A stretch of 64,000 bases of DNA from Candidatus Marinacidobacterales bacterium (GTDB taxonomy: Bacteria; Acidobacteriota; Vicinamibacteria; Marinacidobacterales; DATDRI01), in assembly GCA_965226495.1 (NCBI GenBank), contig OZ245365.1, positions 4,672,001 to 4,736,000 of the forward strand, read 5' to 3'. The notes below the pieces were generated by a model. The model did no database searches and was not told the origin of the DNA. It worked only from the letters and a program-made list of their open reading frames with translations. The position numbers and the translations under genes were made by a program. Within the stretch, counting starts at the first letter, position 1. Every line of letters begins with the position of its first letter. Positions 47,843-59,511 of the stretch are shown one piece after another.

Positions 47843-48156
47843 CTACCAGCGGCTCATGGAGCCAAGCTCATGGACATCCCCGATGCCGGCTCGCCGTAGG
47901 ATCTCGGCCGCCTTGTGACACCGCGCTCCCGCACTGCAGCAAATCACCAGCGGGTGGTCGATCTGTCGTAGCTCCTCTGTCGTTTGTTCCACTTCATCCA
48001 CCGGGACGTTGAGAGGGCAGCGGGCAGATGGTCGCCAGCAAACTCTTGGGGCGAGCGAAGTCCTCGCTTATTCCGTAGATGTTCAACTCACGGGTGGAAG
48101 CGCCACGTTAAGAAGATCGCGACCGCCACGGCGAGGAGAATGACTTTGCGCCGCAA
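47843..48156 (-). pseudogene. Degraded membrane-anchored rhodanese-domain protein (absent from the ORF track)
   Basis: VILLAVAVAIFLTWRF, in-frame TGA, RSPQEFAGDHLPAAL, frameshift, NVPVDE...PLVICCSAGARCHKAAEILRRAG..VHELGSMSRW*. Confidence 0.75.
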
Positions 48157-48397
48157 ACGAAGATGCCTTTCACGCGGACCCGCCCCATCGTAAGGAAAAA
48201 AGCAGTTCGAGTAAAGTTAACGGGTGACGGACCAGCAACTCGGCCCGGAACGAGTTGTGCCCACCCAGAAGGCTGCGCAGTCTGCTATCCTGAAGGCCTC
48301 CCCAGTCCAATTGAAATAGTAGTCCCGCCGTAACGAAGACGGCCGGCGAGGAAACGCAGCGCGTCCATTGACATACCACGCGCCAGGAGGTTCTTAG

Positions 48398-48617
48398 ATG
48401 GACGAAAAGAACAAGATCGGGTTCACCGTCGGGTTTTTCATCCTCATCGCCATAGGGCTCTATGCCGTTTTGGATCACGGCCACCGAGGGCTATACCGCC
48501 TTCGGGGCACGAAGTGGCCTCAAGCAACTCGTCGCCGACTACTGGGGCCGCAATTTGGGGATAGGCATGATGGTTCTCGGGGCACTGGCGTTGGTCGGCC
48601 TGCACACCGCCGAGTGA
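48398..48617 (+). pseudogene. Small two-TM membrane protein with a probable frameshift near 48468
   Basis: AGGAGG RBS; TM1 in one frame, GLKQLVADYWGRNLGIGMMVLGALALVGL in the +1 frame. Confidence 0.45.
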
Positions 48618-48679
48618 CAGATTAGTAGTTGCTGACCCGCAGAATCCGGTCCCTGGCTCGACTCAGCGAGCAAGACCCG

Positions 48680-48708
48680 TTGACGCGGCTCTTCCCCCTC
48701 GCTAGAAT
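48680..48708 (+). promoter_or_regulatory. Sigma70 promoter of tRNA-Leu(TAG) and the tig operon
   Basis: TTGACG-17 nt-TAGAAT. Confidence 0.72.
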
Positions 48709-48791
48709 GGCTCTTCTGTTCAATGATTTACTTAAGACTGGCCCTTTCGGGAGGTAACCGAGCTACCAGCGATAGCGCTGACTCGTCACAC

Positions 48792-48875
48792 GCGAAAGTG
48801 GCGGAACGGCAGACGCGCTGGACTTAGGATCCAGTGGGGCAACCCGTGGGGGTTCGAATCCCCCCTTTCGCACCA
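48792..48875 (+). tRNA. tRNA-Leu(TAG)
   Basis: Acceptor GCGAAAG/CTTTCGC, anticodon arm CTGGA-CTTAGGA-TCCAG, variable arm, T-loop, ACCA end. Confidence 0.96.
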
Positions 48876-49025
48876 CCGCCTGGCGAGGTTTGGTCGAAGC
48901 AACGCGACGGTTTGGCGGTCGCTAATAAAGTCCCGGGCCAGCCCCGGGAGGCGCCTGGCCAGCTGGTTACTGGTACCGCGGTGGTTTGGCGCCGACTAAC
49001 ATAGAACCCGAAGGAGTTTCGTTCC

Positions 49026-50306
49026 TTGAAAGTCGAATGTACTGAAGAGAGTCTGTCCCGCCGTCGATTGGACGTCGAGGTTCCCGCGGAGACGCTCTCC
49101 GAAGCCTTCGAACAGAAGGTGACTCGGTTCAGCCGTACCTTGAAGCTGCCAGGCTTCCGAAAAGGCAAGATTCCAAAGAACCTGGTGAAGACCCGCTTCC
49201 ACTCCGAGATCCTCAATCAAGTTCTTCAAGATCTGCTCCCGAATGTGCTGAACCAAGCCTTGAACCAGCATGCGCTGAACCCAGTAGGCGACCCGAAGAT
49301 CGAAGACTTGAAGGCGGAGTTGGGCGAGCCGCTTCGATTCAAGGCGACCGTCGAGGTCATGCCCGAGATCGAAGTCAAGAAGTTCAAGGGCCTCAAAGTC
49401 ACCGCCAAGAGTGCCGATGTAGCAGATAAAGAGATCGAAGAACGTCTAGACTCCTTGCGCGAGCGCGCGGCGCGATTCGATCCGGTCGAAGGACGAAGCG
49501 CCAAGGATGGAGACTTCGTTACCGGAACACTCCACGAAACTGCAGCCGACGGAAAGGGACCGACCAACAAACAGGAAGGCGTCACGATAGAGGTCGGATC
49601 CGATATCTACCTCCCGGCACTTCACGAGAAGCTTCAAGGTGCCAAGTCGGGCGACTCGATCTCTTTCGAGGCCGACTTTCCCAAGGAGCATGCGGACCCC
49701 GTTCGCGCCGGTAAGAAGCTAGCCGTCCGGTTCGATCAGATCGAGGTCAAGGAGAAGATCGTTCCAGACCTAGACGATGAGTTCGCGAAAGACCTAGGTG
49801 ACTTCGAGGACCTCAAGGAGCTCCGAGATCAGGTTCAGAAACAGGCCGAAGAGGAAGCAAAGCATCATGCCGAGCAAGATCTCCGCAACCAGCTCCTCGA
49901 GAAGGTGATCGAGGCGAACCCCGTCGAGCCACCACAGGCCCTGATCGAGCACGAGCTCGACCAACGGGTGGAGGATATGGCTCGCAGCCTCATCGACCGG
50001 GGGATCGATCCCTCTCAAGCAAACGTGGATTGGCGCGGTCTGCGTGAAGGACAGACGGAGGCGGTCACTCGAAGCGTCGGTGCTACGATCCTGCTCGACC
50101 GGATCGTCACTCAAGAAGGGTTGCAAGAGACCGAGGAAGCGGTGAACCAGGAGATCGAACGGGGGGCGGCCGCGGTCAAAAAGAGTCCTGAGGCGGTGCG
50201 CGCCCAACTGATGAAAGACGGAGGCCTAGAACGCCTTAAACAACGCTTGCGGAGGGAGTTGGCGGTTGACTTACTTCGCGAAAATGCTAGAATCAAAGGG
50301 GGTTAA
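49026..50306 (+). CDS. tig: Trigger factor
   Basis: [10 protein letters not shown] ribosome-binding motif; TTG start with AAGGAG; tig-clpP-clpX synteny. Confidence 0.95.
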   Translation: MKVECTEESLSRRRLDVEVPAETLSEAFEQKVTRFSRTLKLPGFRKGKIPKNLVKTRFHSEILNQVLQDLLPNVLNQALNQHALNPVGDPKIEDLKAELGEPLRFKATVEVMPEIEVKKFKGLKVTAKSADVADKEIEERLDSLRERAARFDPVEGRSAKDGDFVTGTLHETAADGKGPTNKQEGVTIEVGSDIYLPALHEKLQGAKSGDSISFEADFPKEHADPVRAGKKLAVRFDQIEVKEKIVPDLDDEFAKDLGDFEDLKELRDQVQKQAEEEAKHHAEQDLRNQLLEKVIEANPVEPPQALIEHELDQRVEDMARSLIDRGIDPSQANVDWRGLREGQTEAVTRSVGATILLDRIVTQEGLQETEEAVNQEIERGAAAVKKSPEAVRAQLMKDGGLERLKQRLRRELAVDLLRENARIKGG

Positions 50307-50311
50307 AGTCT

Positions 50312-50893
50312 ATGTTGGTCCCGATGGTGGTCGAGCAGACCAACCGAGGCGAGCGTGCCTACGACATCTATTCGCGCTTACTCAAAGACAACATCATCTT
50401 CATTGGCACTCCTATTGAGGACAATCTCGCCAACCTGGTGGTCGCCCAACTCCTCTTCCTCGAGGCCGAGGATCCGGAGAAGGAAATCTCGATCTACATC
50501 AATAGTCCGGGGGGATCGGTGACGGCGGGTCTAGCCATCTACGACACGATCCAATTCATTCGCCCGGACGTGACTACCTACTGTCTCGGCCAGGCGGCCA
50601 GCATGGCCGCGGTGCTGCTTGCGGCCGGCACGCCGGGCAAACGTTTCGCGCTTCCTAATGCTCGAGTCATCATCCACCAACCGTCGGGCGGCTTTTCTGG
50701 GCAAGCCACCGACATCAATATTCAGGCGAAAGAGATCTTACGGACTCGGCAGCGGCTCAACGAAATCCTCTCGATGCACACCGGCCAAAGCCTTTCCAAA
50801 ATCGAGCAAGACGTCGAACGTGACTTCATCTTGACCGCCGAGTCGGCCAAGGAATACGGAATCATCGACCAAGTCATTTCGAGGCGGGTCTAA
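50312..50893 (+). CDS. clpP: Clp protease proteolytic subunit
   Basis: [29 protein letters not shown]. Confidence 0.97.
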   Translation: MLVPMVVEQTNRGERAYDIYSRLLKDNIIFIGTPIEDNLANLVVAQLLFLEAEDPEKEISIYINSPGGSVTAGLAIYDTIQFIRPDVTTYCLGQAASMAAVLLAAGTPGKRFALPNARVIIHQPSGGFSGQATDINIQAKEILRTRQRLNEILSMHTGQSLSKIEQDVERDFILTAESAKEYGIIDQVISRRV

Positions 50894-50914
50894 ACTTCCA
50901 TAACCGGGGGGAGC

Positions 50915-52156
50915 GTGTCCAAGAAAAACGGCGATCCTGAGGTCCTACGCTGTTCGTTCTGCAACAAAGACCAGAGCGACGTGCGTAAGCTAATCGCGGG
51001 GCCTACTGTCTTCATCTGCGACGAGTGCGTCGAGGTCTGCAACGACATCATCGCCGACGATAATCGGTTCGAGACGCGCTCACAGCGGTCCACCCTTCCC
51101 ATCCCGATGGAGATCAAGGAGTTCCTGGAAGAGTTCGTCATCGGTCAAGAGCAAGCCAAGAAGAAACTAGCGGTCGCCGTCTACAACCACTACAAGCGGG
51201 TTCAGATAATGAAGTCCAAGACCCGCCAGGACGTCGAGCTCACCAAGAGCAACATCCTGCTCGTCGGTGCCACCGGAACCGGCAAGACGCTCATGGCTCA
51301 AACGCTGGCCAAGTTGCTATCGGTTCCTTTCTCGATCGTCGACGCCACGACTCTCACCGAAGCGGGCTACGTCGGCGAGGACGTAGAGAACATCATCTTA
51401 AAGCTCTTGCAGGCGGCGGGTGGCGACATCGAGAAGTGCCAGGAAGGCATCATCTATATAGACGAGATCGACAAGATTTGCCGCAAGGACGAAAACCCCT
51501 CCATCACCAGGGACGTTTCGGGTGAAGGGGTGCAACAAGCGTTGCTCAAGATCCTCGAGGGGACGGTAGCCAACGTGCCGCCGCAGGGAGGCCGCAAGCA
51601 TCCCCACCAGGAGTTCTACCAGATCGACACCACCAACATTTTGTTCATCTGTGGTGGGGCGTTCGTGGGGCTGGACAAAGTGATCGAGCGCCGGATCGGA
51701 AAGAAGTCCCTCGGTTTCCGGGCCGACCTCGGTAGCCAGAAGGAACGCGCGGATGACATCATGACCCTCGTTCAGCCCACGGACTTGATCAAGTACGGGC
51801 TCATACCCGAGTTCGTGGGAAGACTACCGGTCATTGGTACACTGCACGAGTTGGACCGGGCGGCTTTGATTCGGATCATGACCGAGCCGCGCAATGCCAT
51901 TGTTAAGCAGTATCAGCGACTCTTCGAGTACGAGAACGTGAAGTTGAGATTCACTGATGATGCTTTAGAGGCAATTGCCGACTTGGCCTGCGAACGCAAG
52001 ATCGGGGCTCGCGGCCTACGTATGATTATCGAAGACCTCATGCTCGACCTTATGTACCATCTACCCTCGCAAAAGAAGGTCCGAGAATGCGTCGTCACCA
52101 AGGAGGTCGTCGAGAACCGTGAGAAACCAGTAACGCTGATCGAGAAGGCAGGCTAG
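50915..52156 (+). CDS. clpX: Clp protease ATP-binding subunit
   Basis: CSFC...ICDECV Zn finger, [19 protein letters not shown]. Confidence 0.97.
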   Translation: MSKKNGDPEVLRCSFCNKDQSDVRKLIAGPTVFICDECVEVCNDIIADDNRFETRSQRSTLPIPMEIKEFLEEFVIGQEQAKKKLAVAVYNHYKRVQIMKSKTRQDVELTKSNILLVGATGTGKTLMAQTLAKLLSVPFSIVDATTLTEAGYVGEDVENIILKLLQAAGGDIEKCQEGIIYIDEIDKICRKDENPSITRDVSGEGVQQALLKILEGTVANVPPQGGRKHPHQEFYQIDTTNILFICGGAFVGLDKVIERRIGKKSLGFRADLGSQKERADDIMTLVQPTDLIKYGLIPEFVGRLPVIGTLHELDRAALIRIMTEPRNAIVKQYQRLFEYENVKLRFTDDALEAIADLACERKIGARGLRMIIEDLMLDLMYHLPSQKKVRECVVTKEVVENREKPVTLIEKAG

Positions 52157-52315
52157 CTCACTTTTCCCGAGGGTTCCGCACCACCCGCGGGGTCGTTTTC
52201 CCAAAAATTCAAACTTCGAACGGGTCCTGGACCGTAGAATGCGCCGTTGAATGAACGGTTCTGGCCGAAGCCGAGCGAACGGACAGTCAATTGGCGGAAG
52301 GACGAAGCGATAACG

Positions 52316-54745
52316 ATGTTCGGAAACAAACCTAGAGAGAGAGCCGAAATCTACGAAACGCTGGCCATGGTCCCGCTACGGGACGTGGTGATCTTTCCTT
52401 ACATGATGATGCCCTTCGTCATCGGGCGCGCTTCCTCGGTGAGGGCCTTGGAGTACTCGCTCGCCCACGACCGTCGTATCTTCCTGGCCGCCCAGCACGA
52501 CGCCACCACCGACGATCCGCAAGCCTCCGACATCTATACCGTAGGGACGATCTCGAACATCGTGCAGTCGGTCAAGCTACCCGATGGCAACATCAAGGTT
52601 CTCGTGGAGGGGCTAGACCGAGGCCGCACGATCGAATGTCGAGAGGAAGAGGGCTTCTTCCAAATCGTCGCCAAGACGATCCCGAAAGTCTCGAAGACCT
52701 CGCCGGAGCTCGAAAGCCTAATGGGCAAGGTGGTCTCGCTCTTCGAGCAATACGTCAAGCTGGCGAATACGGTGCAGGCGGAGGTGAAAAACGCTGCCGT
52801 TCAGGTCGACGACGCCGGCAAGCTCGCCGATACGATCGCCAGCCATCTCCTCCTACCGGTCGAGGAAAAACAGAACCTCCTCGAGACTTGGAACCCGCTC
52901 GAGCGACTGACCCGTATCGCAGGAGTCCTCGAGCAAGAGGTGGACAAGCTTCAGGTGGAACGTCGGCTACAAGGCCGAGTCCGCAAACAAATGGAGCGGG
53001 CGCAAAAAGAGTACTACCTCAACGAGAAAATGAAGGCCATCCAAAAAGAGCTCGGGCGAAAGGACGACAAGTCCAACGAGCTCGACGAGCTCCGCAAGAA
53101 GCTGGCCGCCGCGAAAATGAGCAAGGAGGCCGAGGAGAAGGCGCTTCAGGAGCTCAAGCGGCTCGAGGCAATGCCTCCGATGTCGGCGGAGGCAACCGTA
53201 TCCCGCAACTACCTGGATTGGATGCTCGCCGTTCCCTGGTACAAGCGAACGAGGGAGAGCCGCGATCTGCAGCGGGCAGAGCGAATCCTTGACGAAGACC
53301 ATTACGGGCTGGAGAAGGTCAAGGAACGTGTACTGGAGTTTCTCGCCGTCAGGCAACTGGTACGCAAGCAGAAGGGGCCCATAGTCTGTTTCGTAGGGCC
53401 GCCAGGAGTCGGGAAAACCTCTCTCGCTAAATCGATTGCGAGGGCGACCAATCGCAAGTTCGTTCGACTGTCGCTCGGCGGGGTACGCGACGAGGCGGAA
53501 GTCCGTGGTCACAGGCGCACCTACATCGGAGCCTTCCCCGGCCAGATCATTCAGATGATGAAGAAGGCCGGCACCGTGAACCCACTCATCTTGTTGGATG
53601 AGGTCGACAAGATGAGCATGGATTTCCGCGGTGACCCATCGGCGGCGCTGCTGGAGGTTCTGGACCCAGAACAAAACCACTGCTTCCAAGATCACTATCT
53701 GGACGTCGAGTACGACCTCTCGAACGTGATGTTCATCGCCACCGCCAACGTCCTACACACGATGCCGCAGGCGCTCCACGACCGACTGGAAGTGCTCCGA
53801 CTACCTGGGTACACCGAGGAAGAGAAAGTCGAAATTGCCACGCGGTTTTTGGTGCCCAAACAAATCGAATCCAACGGGCTCAAGAAGAAGGCGGTCACCT
53901 TCCAGGTCGACGCCCTGAAGGAAGTCCTGTCGCGTTACACCCGCGAGGCAGGAGTCCGCAATCTGGAAAGGGAGATCGCATCTATCTGCCGCAAGATCGC
54001 TCGCAAACTGGTCACCGGGGGGACGGATCATCAGCTCGACGTGACTGAAAAATCCATCGCCAACTACCTGGGAATTCCGAAGTTCCGACACCGCAAAAGG
54101 GATGGAAAGAGCGAAATCGGGACGGCTACCGGACTGGCTTGGACCGAGGTCGGAGGAGAGCTCCTCGTCACCGAGGCCTCGCTCATGTTCGGGAAGGGTA
54201 GCTTGACCTTGACTGGCAAGTTGGGCGACGTTATGCAAGAATCTGCTCAAACGGCCCTGTCGTTCATCCGCTCCCGAGCAGAGGAGCTTGGCATTGCAAG
54301 AGATTTCAATCGACGCATCGACGTGCATATCCACGTGCCCGAGGGCGCTATCCCCAAGGATGGCCCCTCGGCGGGAATCACCATGTGCACGGCGCTGGTT
54401 TCTGCTTTGACGAACATCAAGGTTCGGAGTGATGTAGCCATGACCGGCGAGATCACCCTCCGTGGAAAGATCCTCCCGATTGGAGGAGTGAAGGAAAAGC
54501 TCCTCGCTGCGCACCGCGCGGGCATCAACAACATAATCCTCCCCCGGGACAACGAAAAGGACCTGGCCGATATTCCGGAGAACGTACTCAGCCAGTTGAG
54601 TGTAAAGATGGTCGATTCGATGAACGAGGTTTTCGAGACGGCTTTGACGGCTCCGCTTCCGAAACTCGAGGCGGAGGAGGATTCATCTGAACCCGAGCCC
54701 GACAAGCTGGACGAGGGTATCCAAGGCGAATCGATTACGCATTAG
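52316..54745 (+). CDS. lon: Lon protease
   Basis: [33 protein letters not shown]. Confidence 0.97.
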   Translation: MFGNKPRERAEIYETLAMVPLRDVVIFPYMMMPFVIGRASSVRALEYSLAHDRRIFLAAQHDATTDDPQASDIYTVGTISNIVQSVKLPDGNIKVLVEGLDRGRTIECREEEGFFQIVAKTIPKVSKTSPELESLMGKVVSLFEQYVKLANTVQAEVKNAAVQVDDAGKLADTIASHLLLPVEEKQNLLETWNPLERLTRIAGVLEQEVDKLQVERRLQGRVRKQMERAQKEYYLNEKMKAIQKELGRKDDKSNELDELRKKLAAAKMSKEAEEKALQELKRLEAMPPMSAEATVSRNYLDWMLAVPWYKRTRESRDLQRAERILDEDHYGLEKVKERVLEFLAVRQLVRKQKGPIVCFVGPPGVGKTSLAKSIARATNRKFVRLSLGGVRDEAEVRGHRRTYIGAFPGQIIQMMKKAGTVNPLILLDEVDKMSMDFRGDPSAALLEVLDPEQNHCFQDHYLDVEYDLSNVMFIATANVLHTMPQALHDRLEVLRLPGYTEEEKVEIATRFLVPKQIESNGLKKKAVTFQVDALKEVLSRYTREAGVRNLEREIASICRKIARKLVTGGTDHQLDVTEKSIANYLGIPKFRHRKRDGKSEIGTATGLAWTEVGGELLVTEASLMFGKGSLTLTGKLGDVMQESAQTALSFIRSRAEELGIARDFNRRIDVHIHVPEGAIPKDGPSAGITMCTALVSALTNIKVRSDVAMTGEITLRGKILPIGGVKEKLLAAHRAGINNIILPRDNEKDLADIPENVLSQLSVKMVDSMNEVFETALTAPLPKLEAEEDSSEPEPDKLDEGIQGESITH

Positions 54746-54969
54746 GATTAGCTGGGGGTGCCCAGACAACGCCAGACAACAGGCGGCAAGGGTACTTCCT
54801 GCAAGACGCTTCCGAAAGAAATTCTTCCCCAGAGGGAAACCAGTAGTGGGCGTAACGAGGCTCCCCGCGCAATGTGAACGCGGGCCTCACCACTGTCGAA
54901 GTAACCAATCATATTAGGAGTCAATCAGCTGGCAACGGTGAGAGTCGCACCGGAGAGAACTTATGCATC

Positions 54970-55584
54970 ATGACCAAGCTGCCGCGTGCCGAGTTTATTC
55001 TGAGTGCCGCGGCGCCCTCCGATTTCCCCGCCGATGGGCTTCCGGAAGTAGCCGTGGTCGGAAGGTCGAATGTAGGAAAGTCGAGTCTGCTCAATCAGCT
55101 CGCAGGCATCAAGAAACTGGCGGCGGTATCGCGGACTCCCGGCCGGACCCAGCTCATCAATTTTTTTCGCGTCGAGGAGCGTTTCTATCTGGTCGACCTG
55201 CCCGGCTATGGTTTTGCGCGCGTCCCAGTCGCCGTGCGACGTCGCTGGGAGGCTCTCGTCAGCGAGTACCTCTTCGAGCGGAGCGAGCTTCGACTGGTCC
55301 TGCTCCTCGTCGACGCCCGCCGGGAGCCGATGGCCAACGACCAGCAGGTATTGGAGCTCCTAAATAACAGCGGAATGTCCTATGCTCTCATTGCAACCAA
55401 GTCAGACAAACTCTCCCGAGCGGCAATGGCTAGACAAAGGGCCCGGCTCCATTCGGCCTTTGTTGCGAACGGGGAGATTCCCTTCATCACCTTTTCCGCT
55501 GTTACGGGGGAAGGAAGGAAACAAATATGGAACGTGATCGAGAAACAAGCACAAGCGCCGAAACGCCGACCGAGAACGAAGTAA
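54970..55584 (+). CDS. engB: Ribosome biogenesis GTPase YihA/EngB
   Basis: [24 protein letters not shown]. Confidence 0.95.
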   Translation: MTKLPRAEFILSAAAPSDFPADGLPEVAVVGRSNVGKSSLLNQLAGIKKLAAVSRTPGRTQLINFFRVEERFYLVDLPGYGFARVPVAVRRRWEALVSEYLFERSELRLVLLLVDARREPMANDQQVLELLNNSGMSYALIATKSDKLSRAAMARQRARLHSAFVANGEIPFITFSAVTGEGRKQIWNVIEKQAQAPKRRPRTK

Positions 55585-56903
55585 CCGAGAAGGCGCCGCG
55601 TAGCGAAACAGCTGAAAAACCCTCGCGGAGCGATGGGAAGGCAAAAACCCTCAACATCGCCGAGCTGAAGGATATGAATATTTCAACTCTAACGAAGGTG
55701 GCCAAGGACCTCAGCGTCGCCGGTGCGACCGGGATGCGCAAGCAAGAACTCATCTTCAAAATCCTGCAAGCGCAAACCGAGCAAAGCGGACTCATATTCT
55801 CCGAGGGCGTATTGGAATGCTTACCCGACGGCTTTGGGTTCCTGCGCGCCCCTGAGTACAACTATCTGCCTGGTCCTGATGACATCTACGTCTCGCCATC
55901 GCAGATACGAAAATTCGATCTACGTACTGGAGATACGATTTCGGGTCAGATCCGACCACCGAAGGAAGGCGAGCGCTACTTCGCGCTCATCAAGGTGGAG
56001 GCGGTCAATTTCGAGTCGCCCGAAGCCTCCCGTGAGCGGATCTTCTTCGACAACCTGACTCCTCTCTATCCGCAGGAGCGGATCCAGTTGGAGACATCGA
56101 AGGACAACCTGTCCGCGCGGGTGATGGACCTGATGACCCCGGTCGGAAAGGGACAACGCGGACTCATCGTCGCGGCCCCGCGTACCGGCAAGACGATGCT
56201 GCTGCAGAACATGGCCAACAGCATTACCACCAACCAGCCGGAAGTCATCCTCATCGTCCTGCTGATCGACGAGCGCCCGGAAGAAGTCACCGACATGCAG
56301 CGTTCGGTGCAGGGCGAGGTCATCAGCTCGACTTTCGACGAGCCGGCCTCTCGCCACGTGCAGGTCGCGGAAATGGTTATGGAGAAGGCGAAACGACTGA
56401 TCGAGCACAAACGGGACGTCGTTATATTGCTCGACTCGATAACGCGCCTCGCCCGCGCCTACAACACCGTGGTGCCACCCTCCGGAAAGGTGCTCTCCGG
56501 CGGTGTGGACAGTAACGCCTTGCAACGACCGAAGCGGTTCTTCGGCGCGGCCCGAAATATAGAAGAGGGCGGTTCGCTCACCATTATCGCCACCGCTCTC
56601 ATCGAGACCGGCAGCAGGATGGACGACGTCATCTTCGAGGAATTCAAGGGTACCGGCAACATGGAGATCCACCTCGACCGCAAGCTGGTCGACAAACGCG
56701 TTTTCCCGTCGATAGACATCAACAAGAGCGGCACTCGGAAGGAAGAGTTGCTCCTGGCCAAGGACGAGATCAACCGTGTTTTGATCTTGCGCAAAGTGCT
56801 CTCGCCCCTATCACCGGTGGAGGCCATGGAGCTGCTGTTGGACAAGATGAACAAGACAAAGAGCAACTCCGAGTTCCTCGCCTCGATGTCGGGCCAGCCT
56901 TAG
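55527..56903 (+). CDS. rho: Transcription termination factor Rho
   Basis: [36 protein letters not shown]. Confidence 0.97.
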   Translation: MERDRETSTSAETPTENEVTEKAPRSETAEKPSRSDGKAKTLNIAELKDMNISTLTKVAKDLSVAGATGMRKQELIFKILQAQTEQSGLIFSEGVLECLPDGFGFLRAPEYNYLPGPDDIYVSPSQIRKFDLRTGDTISGQIRPPKEGERYFALIKVEAVNFESPEASRERIFFDNLTPLYPQERIQLETSKDNLSARVMDLMTPVGKGQRGLIVAAPRTGKTMLLQNMANSITTNQPEVILIVLLIDERPEEVTDMQRSVQGEVISSTFDEPASRHVQVAEMVMEKAKRLIEHKRDVVILLDSITRLARAYNTVVPPSGKVLSGGVDSNALQRPKRFFGAARNIEEGGSLTIIATALIETGSRMDDVIFEEFKGTGNMEIHLDRKLVDKRVFPSIDINKSGTRKEELLLAKDEINRVLILRKVLSPLSPVEAMELLLDKMNKTKSNSEFLASMSGQP

Positions 56904-57016
56904 TGCCGTAGCCAAAATCACCGCTGTGGCCGCTCTGACGGTCCCGTCACGCTGTAGCCGGCGGACAAGCTGAGCTATAATAGCTTCCCCAGTTTCACTA
57001 CCGAGGAGTAATGGAT

Positions 57017-57310
57017 ATGAAAGAAGGGATTCATCCGAAGTACGAAACAGTGACAGTAAATTGTGCTTGCGGAGAGACTTTTCAGACCCGCACTACCAAG
57101 GGCAGCGCCATCAAGCTGGAGATCTGCTCCAAATGCCATCCTTTTTTCACTGGCAAGCAGAAGCTGATCGACTCGGCCGGGCGCATCGAGCGGTTCAACC
57201 GAAAGTTCGGAAAGCGGAAGCCCGCTGCGCAGGCGACGCCTCCGACGGAGTCAGAACCCGCCCCTGATACAACCGACACCCCGACTACTTCTGAGTCCGC
57301 TGGATCCTAA
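57017..57310 (+). CDS. rpmE: 50S ribosomal protein L31 (Zn-binding type)
   Basis: [24 protein letters not shown]; GAGGAG RBS. Confidence 0.96.
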   Translation: MKEGIHPKYETVTVNCACGETFQTRTTKGSAIKLEICSKCHPFFTGKQKLIDSAGRIERFNRKFGKRKPAAQATPPTESEPAPDTTDTPTTSESAGS

Positions 57311-57332
57311 AGCCCCAGACCCCCGCAGTCCC

Positions 57333-58427
57333 ATGCTTGATCTTCAATCCAAGCTCGATTCGCTGGAGGAGCGGTACGAACAGATAACCGCTGAACTCGG
57401 AAAACCCGAGGTCGCATCCGACCCCGCGGTCTATCAGAAAACGGCGAAAGCGAGAGCGGAGCTCGAGCCCGTAGTGAGCAAGTACCGAGAGCTGAAATCG
57501 GTACTGAACCAACTCAACGGCGCCCGGGAGATGATCAATGAAGGCGAGGACCAAGAGCTCAAGGCTTTGGCCCAGGAAGAGTTGGAACAGCTCGAGACCG
57601 AAAGGGAGCGTTTGACGGAGGAGGTGAAGCTCCTGCTTCTTCCGAAGGATCCCAACGACGATCGCAACGTCATCGTCGAGATCCGAGCCGGAACGGGAGG
57701 CAATGAAGCTGCACTCTTCGCTCAGGAAATCTACCGGATGTACTCGCGCTACGCAGAGCAAAAGGGTTGGCGAGTGGAAGTGATCAACGCGAACCCCACC
57801 GGCATCGGCGGATTGAAAGAGATCGTGGCAGTCATCGAAGGCAAGGGCGCCTATAGCCGACTCAAGTACGAAAGCGGCGTGCACCGCGTGCAGCGGGTAC
57901 CGGTGACGGAGGCTTCTGGTCGCATTCACACCTCCGCGATCACAGTTGCTGTATTGCCGGAAGCCAAGGACGTCGAGGTCCAGATCGAGCCCAAGGATAT
58001 TCGTATCGACACTTTTTGTTCCTCCGGTCCCGGAGGACAGAGCGTCAATACCACCTATTCGGCGGTCCGGATCACTCACATCGCGACCGGCCTCGTCGTG
58101 TCGTGCCAGGACGAAAAATCGCAAATCAAGAACAAAGCGAAGGCGATGCGCGTTCTTCGCTCGCGGCTGTACGATTTGGCTCTCCACGAGCAGCAAGAGA
58201 AAATCGCCCGCGAGAGGAAGGGGCAGATCGGCTCCGGCGATCGAAGCGAGAAGATCCGGACCTACAATTTCCATCAGACACGGGTCACGGACCACCGCAT
58301 CAACTTGACGCTGCATCGCCTGGACGTGATTCTCGATGGTGATCTAGAAGAGATCATCGACAGGCTCGCCACGCACTTCCAAGCCGAAAAACTCAAGGAG
58401 GCGGAGGCCACTCCCGTACAACCGTGA
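57333..58427 (+). CDS. prfA: Peptide chain release factor 1
   Basis: PVT recognition motif, [13 protein letters not shown]. Confidence 0.97.
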   Translation: MLDLQSKLDSLEERYEQITAELGKPEVASDPAVYQKTAKARAELEPVVSKYRELKSVLNQLNGAREMINEGEDQELKALAQEELEQLETERERLTEEVKLLLLPKDPNDDRNVIVEIRAGTGGNEAALFAQEIYRMYSRYAEQKGWRVEVINANPTGIGGLKEIVAVIEGKGAYSRLKYESGVHRVQRVPVTEASGRIHTSAITVAVLPEAKDVEVQIEPKDIRIDTFCSSGPGGQSVNTTYSAVRITHIATGLVVSCQDEKSQIKNKAKAMRVLRSRLYDLALHEQQEKIARERKGQIGSGDRSEKIRTYNFHQTRVTDHRINLTLHRLDVILDGDLEEIIDRLATHFQAEKLKEAEATPVQP

Positions 58428-59296
58428 GCACGGCTTCTCCTAGTGCGCGGAGGCTTCTCGAGCGGGGAACGCAGGAGCTGGAACAGGCCGGCGTAGACCG
58501 GAGCCGCTGGGAGGCCGAGGTTCTCCTTCGACAAGCGATCGGTTGCTCTCGCGAAGCTCTTCTCGCCGATCTCGCCGAGCCGGTAGAAGCGGAAGCGGCG
58601 GGTTACTTCTTTCAACTCGTCGACCGGCGGCGGGGGCGCGTTCCCCTGCAATACCTCCTGGGCACCCAGGAGTTTTGGGGTCTCGAGTTCCTGGTAACGC
58701 CTGCCGTCTTCATTCCCCGTCCGGAAACCGAAGGCCTGGTCGAGGAAACTATCGCTCGACTCGGTGACCGCTCCGCACGGGTGGCCGACGTAGGATGTGG
58801 AAGTGGCTGTGTGGCTGTTTCGATCGCATCTGCTCTTCCCAACAGTCGGGTCTACGCGACCGAAATCTCCCCCGCCGCACTTGCGGTGGCCCGAGAGAAC
58901 GCAAACCGACACGGAGTGAATTCACGCATCGATTTCCTCCAAGGCGATTTCTTGGCTCCGCTCCTGGACGAGTCGACACCGCCCGTCTTGGACATGGTCG
59001 TTTCGAATCCACCGTACGTTCCGGAGGTCGACCTAGCCGGGCTTCAACCCGAGGTCAAAGAGCACGAGCCTCGAGTCGCACTGGCGGCAGGACCGGACGG
59101 ACTCGACGCGATGCGTCGCCTGCTGCCTCAGGCAAAATCGCTTCTGGCTCCGGGAGGCCTCGTGCTGCTCGAAATCGGGATGGGTATGGAGCAACGGGTC
59201 AAAAACCTCATTGCCGAGACCGGTCTGGTCTGGGAAAAGACGGTTCCGGATCTGCAGGGGTTTCCGCGCATTGTGGTTGCCGTGAAAGAACATTGA
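58424..59296 (+). CDS. prmC: Release factor glutamine methyltransferase
   Basis: PLQY, IPRPETE, DVGCGSG, SNPPY. Confidence 0.96.
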   Translation: MSTASPSARRLLERGTQELEQAGVDRSRWEAEVLLRQAIGCSREALLADLAEPVEAEAAGYFFQLVDRRRGRVPLQYLLGTQEFWGLEFLVTPAVFIPRPETEGLVEETIARLGDRSARVADVGCGSGCVAVSIASALPNSRVYATEISPAALAVARENANRHGVNSRIDFLQGDFLAPLLDESTPPVLDMVVSNPPYVPEVDLAGLQPEVKEHEPRVALAAGPDGLDAMRRLLPQAKSLLAPGGLVLLEIGMGMEQRVKNLIAETGLVWEKTVPDLQGFPRIVVAVKEH

Positions 59297-59478
59297 GGGA
59301 CCCCTCAGGCTTCACTCAGCGCTCGCGGGGACGCAATTCCTCAGTCGCACGGGGCCCCACCCCCATGCTCGTCGCTTCGGCAGCCAGCGCCTGCGCGACG
59401 GCTGAAGGCTCCCCCCACTCGCTGCTCGCTTCGCGACTCACTTCGTTCGCGCTCCGCTCGGGCTCAGGGCTGTCCCTC
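59295..59478. repeat. Intergenic structured repeat / MITE-like element
   Basis: Ends GAGGGACCCCTCAG and (revcomp) GAGGGACAGCCCTGAG; interior rich in CGCTCG/CTTCG motifs and GGGGCCCC. Confidence 0.5.
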
Positions 59479-59511
59479 TCCGCGCAGGACGGCAAGCATA
59501 GACTCTAATCT

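Noticed and set aside
48088-48090. In-frame TGA in the rhodanese remnant as possible selenocysteine, given selB
   Set aside because: Not at the catalytic Cys position, and the gene has further lesions; I found no convincing Sec ORF elsewhere in the window.
57285-58316. 343-aa minus-strand ORF and similar long shadows over rho, lon, cobB and the 63-kb symporter
   Set aside because: Antisense to unambiguous conserved genes.
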